Shown here piece by piece: positions 1 to 8,921 of a DNA stretch of 62,859 nucleotides. Position 1 is the stretch's first letter. Every line of letters begins with the position of its first letter. The notes below the pieces were generated by a model that did not search any database, had not been told where the DNA came from, and saw only the letters and a list, made by a program, of their open reading frames with translations. Position numbers and translations under genes: made by a program. Source of the DNA: an uncultured Saprospiraceae bacterium (GTDB lineage Bacteria; Bacteroidota; Bacteroidia; Chitinophagales; Saprospiraceae); the NCBI GenBank assembly GCA_964533785.1, contig CAZHNG010000001.1:29770-92628 (forward strand). The letters are read 5' to 3'.

Positions 1-151
1 TAGCTGTACTGCCGGATAAACTTGAGGTCAAAGGCTTTTACTCACCGCAAAGGCCACGAAGAAACGCTAAGAAAAGGGAACTTTGCGCTCTTCGCGTTCT
101 TAGCGGTGATTGAATTGCCCCCCAAGTTTAGAGGTCAATACATCTAGCGTC
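1..151 (+). repeat. Structured intergenic repeat, family A, copy 1 (unit about 151 bp)
   Basis: The unit tagctgtactgccggataaacttgaggtcaaaggcttttactcaccgcaaaggcc...caagtttagaggtcaatacatctagcgtc repeats immediately at 152. It has internal inverted segments: taaacttgagg/ccccaagttta, tcaccgc/gcggtga, cgaaga/tcttcg, gcaaag/ctttgc. Confidence 0.85.
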
Positions 152-298
152 TAGCTGTACTGCCGGATAAACTTGAGGTCAAAGGCTTTTACTCACCGCA
201 AAGGCCGCGAAGAAACGCTAAGAAAAGGGAACTTTGCGTTCTTCGCGGTGATTGAATTACCCCAAAATTAGAGGTCAATACATCTAGCGTCTAGCGTC
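152..298 (+). repeat. Family A repeat, copy 2 (tandem, with a small internal deletion)
   Basis: Near-identical to 1-151. It lacks about 9 nt around ctttgcg..ttcttcgcggtga and ends in a duplicated ctagcgt heptad. Confidence 0.85.
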
Positions 299-301
299 AA
301 A

Positions 302-994
302 CTACATAATCCCATACTTCTCAAAAGCCTCACAAGCGCTCATCCCATCTTCAATAGCCTTTTTCACCAGCTTTTCACCGGCCGCTTTTTCAAAAGCCTG
401 ATTGATCACCTCTTCTTCCGCCTCCTGGGGAATGATGCATACCCCGTCCAGGTCACCAAAAACAATGTCTCCGGGATTGATTTTTACATTGTTCATAATG
501 ACCGGCGTCCTAAAATCGATGACCTTGCCCCGCGGTCCCTGATCCTGGGCGTACCTTCCGTAAGAAAAAGTAGGAAAGTTAAGATCCAGAATACCGGGAG
601 TATCCCTGGAATAGCCATCTACTACCGCACCAACCGCCCCCAATTTCATAGCTCTCGTGCTCATCAATTCTCCCCAAAGCGCATAATTGGGCGAAGCGCC
701 CGTGCATACGTAAACTTCGTTAGGTTTGAGGTCGTCCAAAGCTTCCAGCATCAACCCAAAAGGTTTATTCAAGATCTGGTTGTTCGCTGAAAAGGAAATC
801 TCGCCAAACGTATCGGCCTCTAATACTGGCATGGCCCGCCCGATCACGACCATATCCTCCCGTAGTGGATGGATTTTAGGGCTCAGGAATTGATTCAAAA
901 GGCCCAGTTTATCCATAATATCGCCAACTACTGCAGAAAATAAGATCTGCTTCATGCTGGCGAACAACTGCTCATCATCGTTTTTATGATACAT
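302..994 (-). CDS. RraA family protein / putative 4-hydroxy-4-methyl-2-oxoglutarate-type aldolase
   Basis: The ORF carries an RraA-like core (GELMSTRAMKLGAVGAVVDGYSRD, GDIVFGDLDGVCIIP). The ORF-track start at 1030 is a TTG; the first ATG (MYHKND) is at 994. Confidence 0.7.
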   Translation of the reverse strand: MYHKNDDEQLFASMKQILFSAVVGDIMDKLGLLNQFLSPKIHPLREDMVVIGRAMPVLEADTFGEISFSANNQILNKPFGLMLEALDDLKPNEVYVCTGASPNYALWGELMSTRAMKLGAVGAVVDGYSRDTPGILDLNFPTFSYGRYAQDQGPRGKVIDFRTPVIMNNVKINPGDIVFGDLDGVCIIPQEAEEEVINQAFEKAAGEKLVKKAIEDGMSACEAFEKYGIM

Positions 995-1215
995 GATATC
1001 ATTTTTGTTAAAAAAAAATAATGGATTCAAAAAATCAGGTTGTTTGTATATTAAAAGAGGGGAATAATTGACACCTTAAAATTTTGACAATCAACTATAT
1101 ACCTAAAATTTTTCAATATGAATTTAAATAAATTAGTTGAGATTTCAGTAACTGTTGATTAAACATTATTCACTTGAATTACTAAATTGGTATTCTAGAA
1201 AATTTTTCCTGTTTT

Positions 1216-3105
1216 ATGATCAGACCATTTTTAGCCTTTTTATTTATCGGTACGCTTATTTTTTCCTGCACAGATCCTAGTGAATCCACCACTTCTTTTG
1301 ATGTCATTGTAATCGGAGGAGGAACGGGAGGTGTAACCGCAGGTATACAATCAGCCAGACTAGGCGCTAAAACACTTATCCTAGAACCAACTCCCTGGCT
1401 GGGAGGCATGTTAACCTCAGCGGGAGTAAGCGCTACCGATGGCAACCACCAAATGCCCTCCGGATTGTGGGGCGAATTCCGTCAACAAATCTGGGATCAT
1501 TACGGCGGCCCGGATTCCGTCGCTACGGGATGGGTTAGTAATACCCAATTCGAACCCGCTGTAGGTGCCGCCATATTCCAGTCGATGGTAGAAAAGGAAG
1601 ACAACCTGGAGGTAAGATTCAAAGCAACGGTTGAAGCTATTCGCAAAAAAGAAGGACTTTGGATAGTTGAAATCGGGGAAGGCGACCTTATTGAAACGTC
1701 TATTTTGATTGACGGCACTGACCTGGGCGATGTAGCTGCCATGACCGGCGTTGATTTTGATCTCGGTATGGATGCCCGTGCTGCAACCAATGAGGTCATG
1801 GCACCAGCCGAAGCCAATGATATTGTACAAGACCTAACCTACGTCGCTATCCTTAAAGATTACGGGCCTTCGGCGGATAAGACCATTCCCAGGCCGGCGA
1901 GTTATGATTCTACCCAATTTCTCTGCGCCTGCCAACAGTTTTGTGAAGGGGAAGAGACTCATCCTTGTCCGACCATGCTATCATACGCAAAGCTTCCCAA
2001 CGATAAATACATGATCAACTGGCCCATTCACGGTAATGATTATTACGCCAACGTCGTGCCTCTATCCAAAGCAGAAAGAGCAACCGTTTTCGAGGAAGCC
2101 AAAAACCATACGTTGAATTTCATTTACTTCATCCAGAAAGACTTGGGCTACAAAAACCTGGGGCTGGCCGATGATGAATATCCGACTTCCGATCAATTAC
2201 CTTTTATCCCTTACCACCGGGAAGGGAGACGCATCAAAGGGAAAGTCAGATTAAACGTTAACCATATATTAGCCCCTTTTGAACAGGAAATCCCCTTGTA
2301 CCGTACCGGGATCGCAGTCGGCGATTATCCCATTGATCATCATCATGATAAAAACCCTGCCGCTCCTGAAATTGACTTTCCACCGGTCCCTTCGTTTAAC
2401 ATTCCAATGGGCGCTTTAATCCCCGCTGAAGTTGATCATTTTCTGATAGCTGATAAAGCCATTTCGGTCACCAATATCGTCAACGGTTCCAGCAGGTTGC
2501 AACCGGTGGTGATGCAGATCGGTCAAGCGGCGGGCGCCATTGCCGGACTATGCATACGGGAGAACATTTCCCCGCACGAGATTTCGCCACGAGTCGTACA
2601 AAACTATTTGGTGCAACAAAACGGTTATTTGATGCCTTATATGGATGTCAAACCTTCAGATCCGCATTTTCAATCCATCCAGCGCATTGGAGCAACCGGG
2701 ATTTTAAAGGGCAAAGGCATACCTTTTAAATGGGCTAACCAAACCTGGTTTTACCCGGATACAACGGTAAACCTCGTAACATTACTGGCTGCCTTAAAAA
2801 ACTTTGAACCAAAGTTGCAAATTGATCTGGTTCCCGAGACACCGCAAGAACAACTAAGCCTATCACAAACTATTGTCATTATATATCGTTTAGCGGATCA
2901 TTTTCAATTGCAGGATGCTCAGTACCAAAATCTAACCGCTCTTTCCGATTTTATTCAAAAAAATTGGTCCACGTGGGAATTGCCGGGATCTTTCGTACCT
3001 TCCGCTCAAATCAGCAAGCGCATACTGGCCGTGCTATTGGATCAAGCGGTAAACCCTTTTCAACTAAAGCCAGTCGCAATTGATGGAAATTGGCAGAAAA
3101 AATGA
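1216..3105 (+). CDS. FAD-dependent oxidoreductase, lipoprotein (FAD_oxidored-type)
   Basis: N-terminal signal with lipobox-like FSC, then the dinucleotide-binding motif DVIVIGGGTGGVTAG. 629 aa, uninterrupted. Confidence 0.8.
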   Translation: MIRPFLAFLFIGTLIFSCTDPSESTTSFDVIVIGGGTGGVTAGIQSARLGAKTLILEPTPWLGGMLTSAGVSATDGNHQMPSGLWGEFRQQIWDHYGGPDSVATGWVSNTQFEPAVGAAIFQSMVEKEDNLEVRFKATVEAIRKKEGLWIVEIGEGDLIETSILIDGTDLGDVAAMTGVDFDLGMDARAATNEVMAPAEANDIVQDLTYVAILKDYGPSADKTIPRPASYDSTQFLCACQQFCEGEETHPCPTMLSYAKLPNDKYMINWPIHGNDYYANVVPLSKAERATVFEEAKNHTLNFIYFIQKDLGYKNLGLADDEYPTSDQLPFIPYHREGRRIKGKVRLNVNHILAPFEQEIPLYRTGIAVGDYPIDHHHDKNPAAPEIDFPPVPSFNIPMGALIPAEVDHFLIADKAISVTNIVNGSSRLQPVVMQIGQAAGAIAGLCIRENISPHEISPRVVQNYLVQQNGYLMPYMDVKPSDPHFQSIQRIGATGILKGKGIPFKWANQTWFYPDTTVNLVTLLAALKNFEPKLQIDLVPETPQEQLSLSQTIVIIYRLADHFQLQDAQYQNLTALSDFIQKNWSTWELPGSFVPSAQISKRILAVLLDQAVNPFQLKPVAIDGNWQKK

Positions 3106-3127
3106 TCACTAATGGTAAAACAACAAT

Positions 3128-4996
3128 ATGAACCTTCATCCCATCGACATTGGTATCGTGCTTGCCTATTTGGTATTGACCATCTTTTTAGGATTTTGGA
3201 TATCCCAAAAGGCATCGCGCAACCTGCAATCCTACTTTTTAGGTAACAATGAAATCAAATGGTACTACTTGGGATTGTCCAACGCTTCCGGGATGTTCGA
3301 CATTAGTGGGGTCATGTGGACCGTAACCATACTTTTCGTTTACGGACTCAAAAGTGCCTGGATTCCCTGGTTGTGGCCGGTATGGAACCAGGTGTTTGTG
3401 ATGGTTTTCCTGGCCATTTGGTTGAGAAGATCCAATGTGATGACGGGAGCCCAATGGATCACTACTCGATTTGGGGATGGCCTCGGTGGAAAATTATCGC
3501 ACATCATCGTTACGGTATTTGCCGTTGTTAGTGTGTTGGGGTTTATTGCATATTTTTTTATCGGCATTGGTAAGTTTGCCGTTGTATTTTTTCCCTGGGA
3601 TCTGTCGATCCCAACCCTGGGAATCACTTCCGAACAATCTTATGCATTCCTCATCATTGCCATTACTACGGTATACGTCATTAAAGGGGGTATGTACAGT
3701 GTAGTCCTTACTGAAGTTGTGCAGTTTGTTATCATGACCATTTCTTGCGTAGTAATTGGTTACATTGCCTGGAATCAAGTAACAGCAGCACAGATCGCGG
3801 AAGCCGTACCTCCCGGTTGGGATCAATTATTCTTTGGCTGGACCCTGGATCTGGACTGGACCGGTTACCTCGATAGTGTCAATCAGAAAATTGAAGCTGA
3901 TGGCTTTGAGCTGATCGGCTACCTGGTGATGATGATGATCTTCAAAGGCATTTTTGCCAGCCTTGCCGGCCCGGTTCCAAGTTATGATATGCAAAGGGTA
4001 CTGGCGACCGAGACACCTGCTGAAGCAGCCAAGATGAGCGGCTTAACCATACTTGTCCTATTCTTTCCCCGGTATTTAATGATCGCGGGCTTTGCCGTAT
4101 TATCGTTGGTTTACCTGGGCCCGGAATTACAGGCCATGGGTGCGGATGTCGATTTTGAGACTATCCTTCCCATAGCTATCGAGCGCTTTGTACCCATTGG
4201 CTTCAAAGGGCTGCTATTAGCAGGTTTATTAGCAGCTTTTATGGGGACTTTTGCGGCGTTCATCAATGCCGCCCCAGCTTACCTGGTCAATGATCTGTAT
4301 AAGAAATATTTTAATCCTGCTGCAAGTGACAAGACCTACGTGAAATACAGTTACATCAGCTCTCTGGCCCTAGTCATCGTCGGTGTGATCGGCGGCTTTT
4401 TTGCCGCCTCTATAAATTCGTTGACTTTATGGATCACTTCCGCACTTTACGGCGGCTATGCGGCGGCGAATGTTTTGAAATGGATTTGGTGGCGATTCAA
4501 TGGATTTGGCTATTTTTTCGGCATGTTGGGCGGCTTGATCGCGTCAACTTTTGTACCCTTCTTGTTTCCGTACACTGCGGCCATCTACTTGTTCCCGATC
4601 ATACTATTCATCTCTTTTGCCGGCTGTATCGCCGGTACCTATTTGACCCAACCGGATAACGAAGAGGTACTAAAAGCCTTTTACGAACAAACGAAACCCT
4701 GGGGCTTTTGGAAACCCATCATTCAAAAGATACAAAGGGAAAAACCGGGGTTTGTAGCCAATCAGGAATTCAAACGGGACGTATTCAATGTGATGGTTGG
4801 AATTGCCTGGCAAATGACCTTGATCGTTATGCCCATTTATTTGATCATTAAGGATATGCAGGGATTTGGCATTGCTGCCCTGGTATTTGTCGTCACTTCG
4901 TTGCTATTGAAACGGTTTTGGTATGATTTACTGGAGACAGATGCCAGACGCCAGATATCAGAAGCTAGGCACTCTAACGTTTCACCAAAAAGTTAA
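3128..4996 (+). CDS. Sodium:solute symporter (SSF) family transporter
   Basis: 622 aa polytopic membrane protein with SSF-like N-terminus and helices. It starts 22 nt after the preceding gene. Confidence 0.8.
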   Translation: MNLHPIDIGIVLAYLVLTIFLGFWISQKASRNLQSYFLGNNEIKWYYLGLSNASGMFDISGVMWTVTILFVYGLKSAWIPWLWPVWNQVFVMVFLAIWLRRSNVMTGAQWITTRFGDGLGGKLSHIIVTVFAVVSVLGFIAYFFIGIGKFAVVFFPWDLSIPTLGITSEQSYAFLIIAITTVYVIKGGMYSVVLTEVVQFVIMTISCVVIGYIAWNQVTAAQIAEAVPPGWDQLFFGWTLDLDWTGYLDSVNQKIEADGFELIGYLVMMMIFKGIFASLAGPVPSYDMQRVLATETPAEAAKMSGLTILVLFFPRYLMIAGFAVLSLVYLGPELQAMGADVDFETILPIAIERFVPIGFKGLLLAGLLAAFMGTFAAFINAAPAYLVNDLYKKYFNPAASDKTYVKYSYISSLALVIVGVIGGFFAASINSLTLWITSALYGGYAAANVLKWIWWRFNGFGYFFGMLGGLIASTFVPFLFPYTAAIYLFPIILFISFAGCIAGTYLTQPDNEEVLKAFYEQTKPWGFWKPIIQKIQREKPGFVANQEFKRDVFNVMVGIAWQMTLIVMPIYLIIKDMQGFGIAALVFVVTSLLLKRFWYDLLETDARRQISEARHSNVSPKS

Positions 4997-5002
4997 ATCT
5001 TC

Positions 5003-5050
5003 TCTCAGCACTCCTTGGCGTCCTTTGCAGTGAGCTAATAATAGACTTGT
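5003..5050 (-). repeat. Partial family A-related repeat fragment plus shared 15-mer
   Basis: The reverse complement gctcactgcaaaggacgccaaggagtgct resembles the ctcaccgcaaaggccacgaagaaacgct core of family A. The 15-mer aataatagacttgtc is identical to 62622-62636. Confidence 0.5.
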
Positions 5051-5081
5051 CAATTACATTATTCGCTAATCATAAAATAAA

Positions 5082-6026
5082 ATGATACTACCAATTACCG
5101 CTACTTTTCTCGATGAGATCAGTCACGATATTCCCCACCAAAATTGGGGTAAGAAAGAGTGGGATACCGATTTTCAATACATGCAGCAACTGGGGATCGA
5201 TTGCGTTGTACTCATTCGCTGTGGGTATAAAAAATGGATAACCTATCCCTCCCAAGTACTGCAAAAAGAAGAACAGACTTATTTGCCCCCCTTTGATTTA
5301 GTGGACCTTTTCCTAAAGCTTGCCGATAAATACGGTATGGCTTTTTACTTTGGGTTATACGATTCCGGAAAATATTGGTGGGAGCAGGGAGACTACCAGA
5401 AGGAGATCGATATAAATTTAAAGATCATTGATGAAGTATGGGCCCAATACGGCTCTTATCCTGCATTTAAAGGCTGGTATCTTTGCCAGGAGGTCAGCCG
5501 TAAGACGGGTAAGATCATAGATTTATACGCCAGGCTGGGACAACATTGTAAAGCAGTTTCCAATGGTTTACCTACCTTCATCTCCCCTTATATTGACGGG
5601 AAAAAAGCACTGCTTTCCAATCAAGTTGCGCTAAACAAAACAGACGCCGTAAGCGTAGAACAACACGAAAAAGAATGGAATGAAATTCTGGATGGTATCA
5701 AATCATCCGTAGACATTCTGGCTTTTCAGGATGGTCACGTGGATTATGATCAGTTAGCGGAATATTTTAGTATCAATAAAAAATTAGCCGATCGCCACGG
5801 TATGCAATGCTGGACGAATGCAGAGTCCTTCGATCGCGATATGCCGATCAAATTTTTACCGATAAAATGGGAGAAGCTGCGCTTAAAATTAAAAGCGGCT
5901 CACGAAGCGGGTCTGGAGAAAGCCATTACTTTCGAATTCTCTCATTTTATGAGTCCGCAGTCAGCTTATGTGCAGGCGCATCATTTGTTCAATCGGTATA
6001 TGGAAACGATAAGTGGAATATCCTGA
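5082..6026 (+). CDS. DUF4434-like protein (glycoside-hydrolase-like TIM barrel)
   Basis: 314 aa. The N-terminus PITATFLDEISHDIPHQNWG matches my memory of DUF4434 proteins that neighbour AGE epimerases. Confidence 0.6.
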   Translation: MILPITATFLDEISHDIPHQNWGKKEWDTDFQYMQQLGIDCVVLIRCGYKKWITYPSQVLQKEEQTYLPPFDLVDLFLKLADKYGMAFYFGLYDSGKYWWEQGDYQKEIDINLKIIDEVWAQYGSYPAFKGWYLCQEVSRKTGKIIDLYARLGQHCKAVSNGLPTFISPYIDGKKALLSNQVALNKTDAVSVEQHEKEWNEILDGIKSSVDILAFQDGHVDYDQLAEYFSINKKLADRHGMQCWTNAESFDRDMPIKFLPIKWEKLRLKLKAAHEAGLEKAITFEFSHFMSPQSAYVQAHHLFNRYMETISGIS

Positions 6027-6030
6027 ATTT

Positions 6031-6125
6031 TAGATACCAGATGCCACCTGCCGGCCATACTGGCTCAGTAGGCGGGGATATCAGATGCAAGATGTATTGT
6101 CCCTTTAACTTAGGGGTAGTTTTAC
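6031..6125. repeat. Mosaic repeat: heptads, family B GC-rich core, and an inverted partial family A end
   Basis: ataccagatgcc heptads. The core ccacctgccggcc...taggcgggga is shared with 15247-15301. agatgtattgtccctttaacttagggg matches the reverse complement of the family A 3' end. Confidence 0.6.
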
Positions 6126-6153
6126 TCGATTTAATGTTTAATAACCTTTAGCT

Positions 6154-6229
6154 GTGGTTATGTGGTTATACAAAATACTCCCCCAATTGATCCCCACATA
6201 ACTTTATAACTTTATAACCTTATAACCAC
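6154..6229. repeat. Inverted repeat with tandem ATAAC(T/C)TT octamers
   Basis: gtggttatgtggttata (6154-6170) faces cacataactttataactttataaccttataaccac (6195-6229). Confidence 0.7.
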
Positions 6230-6428
6230 CTAAAACTTAAATAGAACCGCCCCACGTTTAAAAGCCAATACAGTCAGACATTATAGATTGGCCAGAAAGT
6301 CTCGATTTGGTAATTCCCAACAATCTAACAAAGCTTAAAACATTGAATATCAAAAACATAAAATATTTACCCATAACTCAATACTTTTAATTAAAAATAA
6401 CAAAGTAATATTAATTAACCTCAGTATT

Positions 6429-7598
6429 ATGCCATTTCAATCCTACGCTACTCAATATAAAACGGCTCTATTGGAAAATGTCCTCCCTTTCTGGCTCAAA
6501 AACTCGAAGGATGAGGAGAACGGTGGCTACTTCACCTGTTTATTAAGAGATGGCCAAGTGTTTGACAGAGATAAGTTCATCTGGTTACAGGCCCGCCAAG
6601 TTTGGACCTTTGCCATGTTGTTCAACCGTTTGGAGGCCAGACCAGAATGGCTTGAATTTGCATTACACGGTGCCCGTTTTCTGCAAAAACACGGTAGAGA
6701 TAAGCAAGGAAACTGGTATTTTTCCCTCGATCAAAAAGGACAACCTTTGATTCAGCCCTACAATATTTTCTCGGATTGCTTCGCCACGATGGCATTTGGA
6801 CAATTGTACCTGGCCACACAAGAGAAAACCTTCGCCCAAATTGCTGTTGATACCTTTCACAACATTCTCAGACGGCAAAATAACCCTAAGGGCCAATACA
6901 ATAAATTGGTACCCGGTACCAGGGCTTTGAAGAACTTTGCCCTCCCCATGATTTTGTGCAATCTTTGTTTAGAAATCGAACCACTTTTGGATTCATCCTT
7001 AGTCGAAAAGACGATTCATAACTGTATTCAGGAGGTAATGGAAGTGTTCTACGATGCTTCAACCGGACTTACCTTGGAAAATGTTACCCCAGGCGGGCAG
7101 TTTTCCGATTCTTTTGAAGGTCGGTTGCTCAATCCGGGACATGCGATAGAAGCCATGTGGTTCATCATGGATCTGGGTATTCGCAATAAGGACCAGGCTT
7201 TAGTAGATCTTGCCACCCAAAGGATGCTCAACATGTTGGAATTTGGCTGGGATGAAAAACACGGCGGCATCTTTTACTTTATGGACCTGAAAGGCCACCC
7301 TACTCAACAACTAGAATGGGATCAAAAGTTGTGGTGGGTTCACTTGGAAACTTTACTGGCGCTGTTGAAAGGTTATTCATTGACAAAAAGTCAAGCCTGT
7401 TGGGATTGGTTCGAAAAAGTACACCACTATGCCTGGTCTGCCTTTCACGATCCGGAATACGGCGAATGGTTTGGCTATTGCAACCGTCAGGGTGAAGTAT
7501 TACTACCACTGAAAGGTGGGAAGTGGAAAGGGTGCTTTCACGTTCCGCGTGCTTTTTTTAATTGTTGGCAAATATTAGAATCTCTCCCCCAACCTTAA
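6429..7598 (+). CDS. AGE family epimerase/isomerase (N-acylglucosamine 2-epimerase-like)
   Basis: 389 aa with (alpha/alpha)6-barrel AGE hallmarks (LPFWLKNSKDEENGGYF, NPGHAIEAMWF, WWVHLE, KGCFHVPR). Confidence 0.85.
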   Translation: MPFQSYATQYKTALLENVLPFWLKNSKDEENGGYFTCLLRDGQVFDRDKFIWLQARQVWTFAMLFNRLEARPEWLEFALHGARFLQKHGRDKQGNWYFSLDQKGQPLIQPYNIFSDCFATMAFGQLYLATQEKTFAQIAVDTFHNILRRQNNPKGQYNKLVPGTRALKNFALPMILCNLCLEIEPLLDSSLVEKTIHNCIQEVMEVFYDASTGLTLENVTPGGQFSDSFEGRLLNPGHAIEAMWFIMDLGIRNKDQALVDLATQRMLNMLEFGWDEKHGGIFYFMDLKGHPTQQLEWDQKLWWVHLETLLALLKGYSLTKSQACWDWFEKVHHYAWSAFHDPEYGEWFGYCNRQGEVLLPLKGGKWKGCFHVPRAFFNCWQILESLPQP

Positions 7599-7616
7599 TC
7601 TCAACCTTCTCCTTTC

Positions 7617-8369
7617 CTAATAAGTAGCTCTTCCCCCGGAAAGATCAAAAACAAAGCCCGTAGAAAAACTACATTCCTTTGAAACGATCCAGGTGCTGAG
7701 TGCCGCCACTTCTTCGACGGTTCCCAGGCGGTTCATTGGGATTTTAGCAGTCATATAGGCTAATTGTTCCGGGTCAGTATCAGCATTCATTGCCGTTTTA
7801 ATAACCGCCGGTGCAATGCCATTGACCGTGATGCCCGATTCCGCGTACTCCTTTCCTACCCCTTTTACCAGGCCAATTACACCTGCCTTGGTAGCCGAAT
7901 ACCCCACCATCCCCGGATTGCCCTCTTTGCCGGCAATGGAGGCGATCAAGAGAATGCGGCCATAATTCGATTTCTCCATGATCTTAATGGCGTATTTGGT
8001 CATCAGAAAAGTCCCTTTTAAATTAACCGCATAGATCTGATCAAAGGCATCGGTAGCGTATTCAGTGATCTTGGTACTTGTCGGTCCCACAATACCGGCC
8101 GAATTGACCATGATATCAACTTTCCCAACGGCGGCTTCTACTGCCTCAAAACTTCGCTGTACCATTTCCTCTGAGGAAATGTCCATTACATGACCGAAAG
8201 CCTGCCATCCTTTGCTTTTCAATTCACTGACCGTTTTTTCAAGCAATGATTTATTGATGTCAAATAAAACGACCGTTCCTCCTTCGGAGGCGATCCTTTT
8301 GGCAATGCCTTTTCCGAGTCCATCGGCAGCTCCGGAGATAACTGCTACTTGATTTTCAAATCGCTTCAT
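7617..8369 (-). CDS. SDR family oxidoreductase
   Basis: VISGAADGLGKGIA Rossmann motif, NSAG, and the catalytic YSATK motif. 250 aa. Confidence 0.9.
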   Translation of the reverse strand: MKRFENQVAVISGAADGLGKGIAKRIASEGGTVVLFDINKSLLEKTVSELKSKGWQAFGHVMDISSEEMVQRSFEAVEAAVGKVDIMVNSAGIVGPTSTKITEYATDAFDQIYAVNLKGTFLMTKYAIKIMEKSNYGRILLIASIAGKEGNPGMVGYSATKAGVIGLVKGVGKEYAESGITVNGIAPAVIKTAMNADTDPEQLAYMTAKIPMNRLGTVEEVAALSTWIVSKECSFSTGFVFDLSGGRATY

Positions 8370-8624
8370 GGTTTTAAATTTTTCTTCTTTTGTTGTTATT
8401 CGACCCGAAGTCTGGTGATTTTCCAGATCAGATCATATGGTAAAGGTTTATTCATTCGACTTGATTTTATTATTTAAAGGTAGGAGGCATCTTGAAGGTA
8501 AGCGCATTAACTTTTAATGTCCATTGCTCGTCAAAATCTCTGACTTTTATCGCCTACTGAGTCAGAGACTCGCAAGTTTCGCCGCATCGAGACAGAACCT
8601 TTTAGGAGTATGTGGGGTAGTAAC

Positions 8625-8921
8625 TTATCCCCCCGCTATTGCACCGATGACCAGAAAAGGTTCTTCTCCATTGAGAATGGCCGGCGGTAAGGGAGCATCA
8701 GGAGATTCGAAGGTCCAATCCATAGCGCAAACAAAAAAGCGGAGAAAGGGTCTGCGTTCTTTGGTCACCTGGTCACGGATAGTGCCTTTGAGTACCGGAT
8801 ATTCCGCTTCCAGTGCATCCAGTACTGCACGCTGGGTGATCGGCTCTTGCACCTCTAATTCAACTTCGGGGCCAATCCCGGCCAAATTACGTAAATGATG
8901 AGGAAGTACGACTCGTATCAT
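8625..8921 (-). CDS. MoaD/ThiS family ubiquitin-like beta-grasp protein with C-terminal GG
   Basis: 98 aa ending ...VIGAIAGG-stop. The start overlaps the stop of the upstream BNR gene by 4 nt (ATGA). Confidence 0.75.
   Translation of the reverse strand: MIRVVLPHHLRNLAGIGPEVELEVQEPITQRAVLDALEAEYPVLKGTIRDQVTKERRPFLRFFVCAMDWTFESPDAPLPPAILNGEEPFLVIGAIAGG

Noticed and set aside
1-298. The tandem repeats at the window start as a possible CRISPR array.
   Set aside because: The units are about 150 bp and directly abutting, with no unique spacers. The same unit occurs singly elsewhere and no cas genes are present.
1182-1830. ORFs of 87, 137 and 105 aa on the minus strand (1182-1445, 1417-1830, 1500-1817).
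   Set aside because: They lie entirely antisense to the well-supported FAD oxidoreductase gene. They are low-complexity, have no recognisable motifs and mostly use non-ATG starts. I treat them as shadow ORFs.
5807-6151. A 114-aa plus-strand ORF overlapping the DUF4434 gene end.
   Set aside because: It is out of frame with a supported gene and runs through the mosaic repeat at 6031-6125. The sequence is not protein-like.
8524-8898. A 124-aa plus-strand ORF.
   Set aside because: It is antisense to the MoaD/ThiS-like gene, which has the diagnostic GG terminus and start-stop coupling. The plus-strand product is Ser/Arg-rich low complexity.
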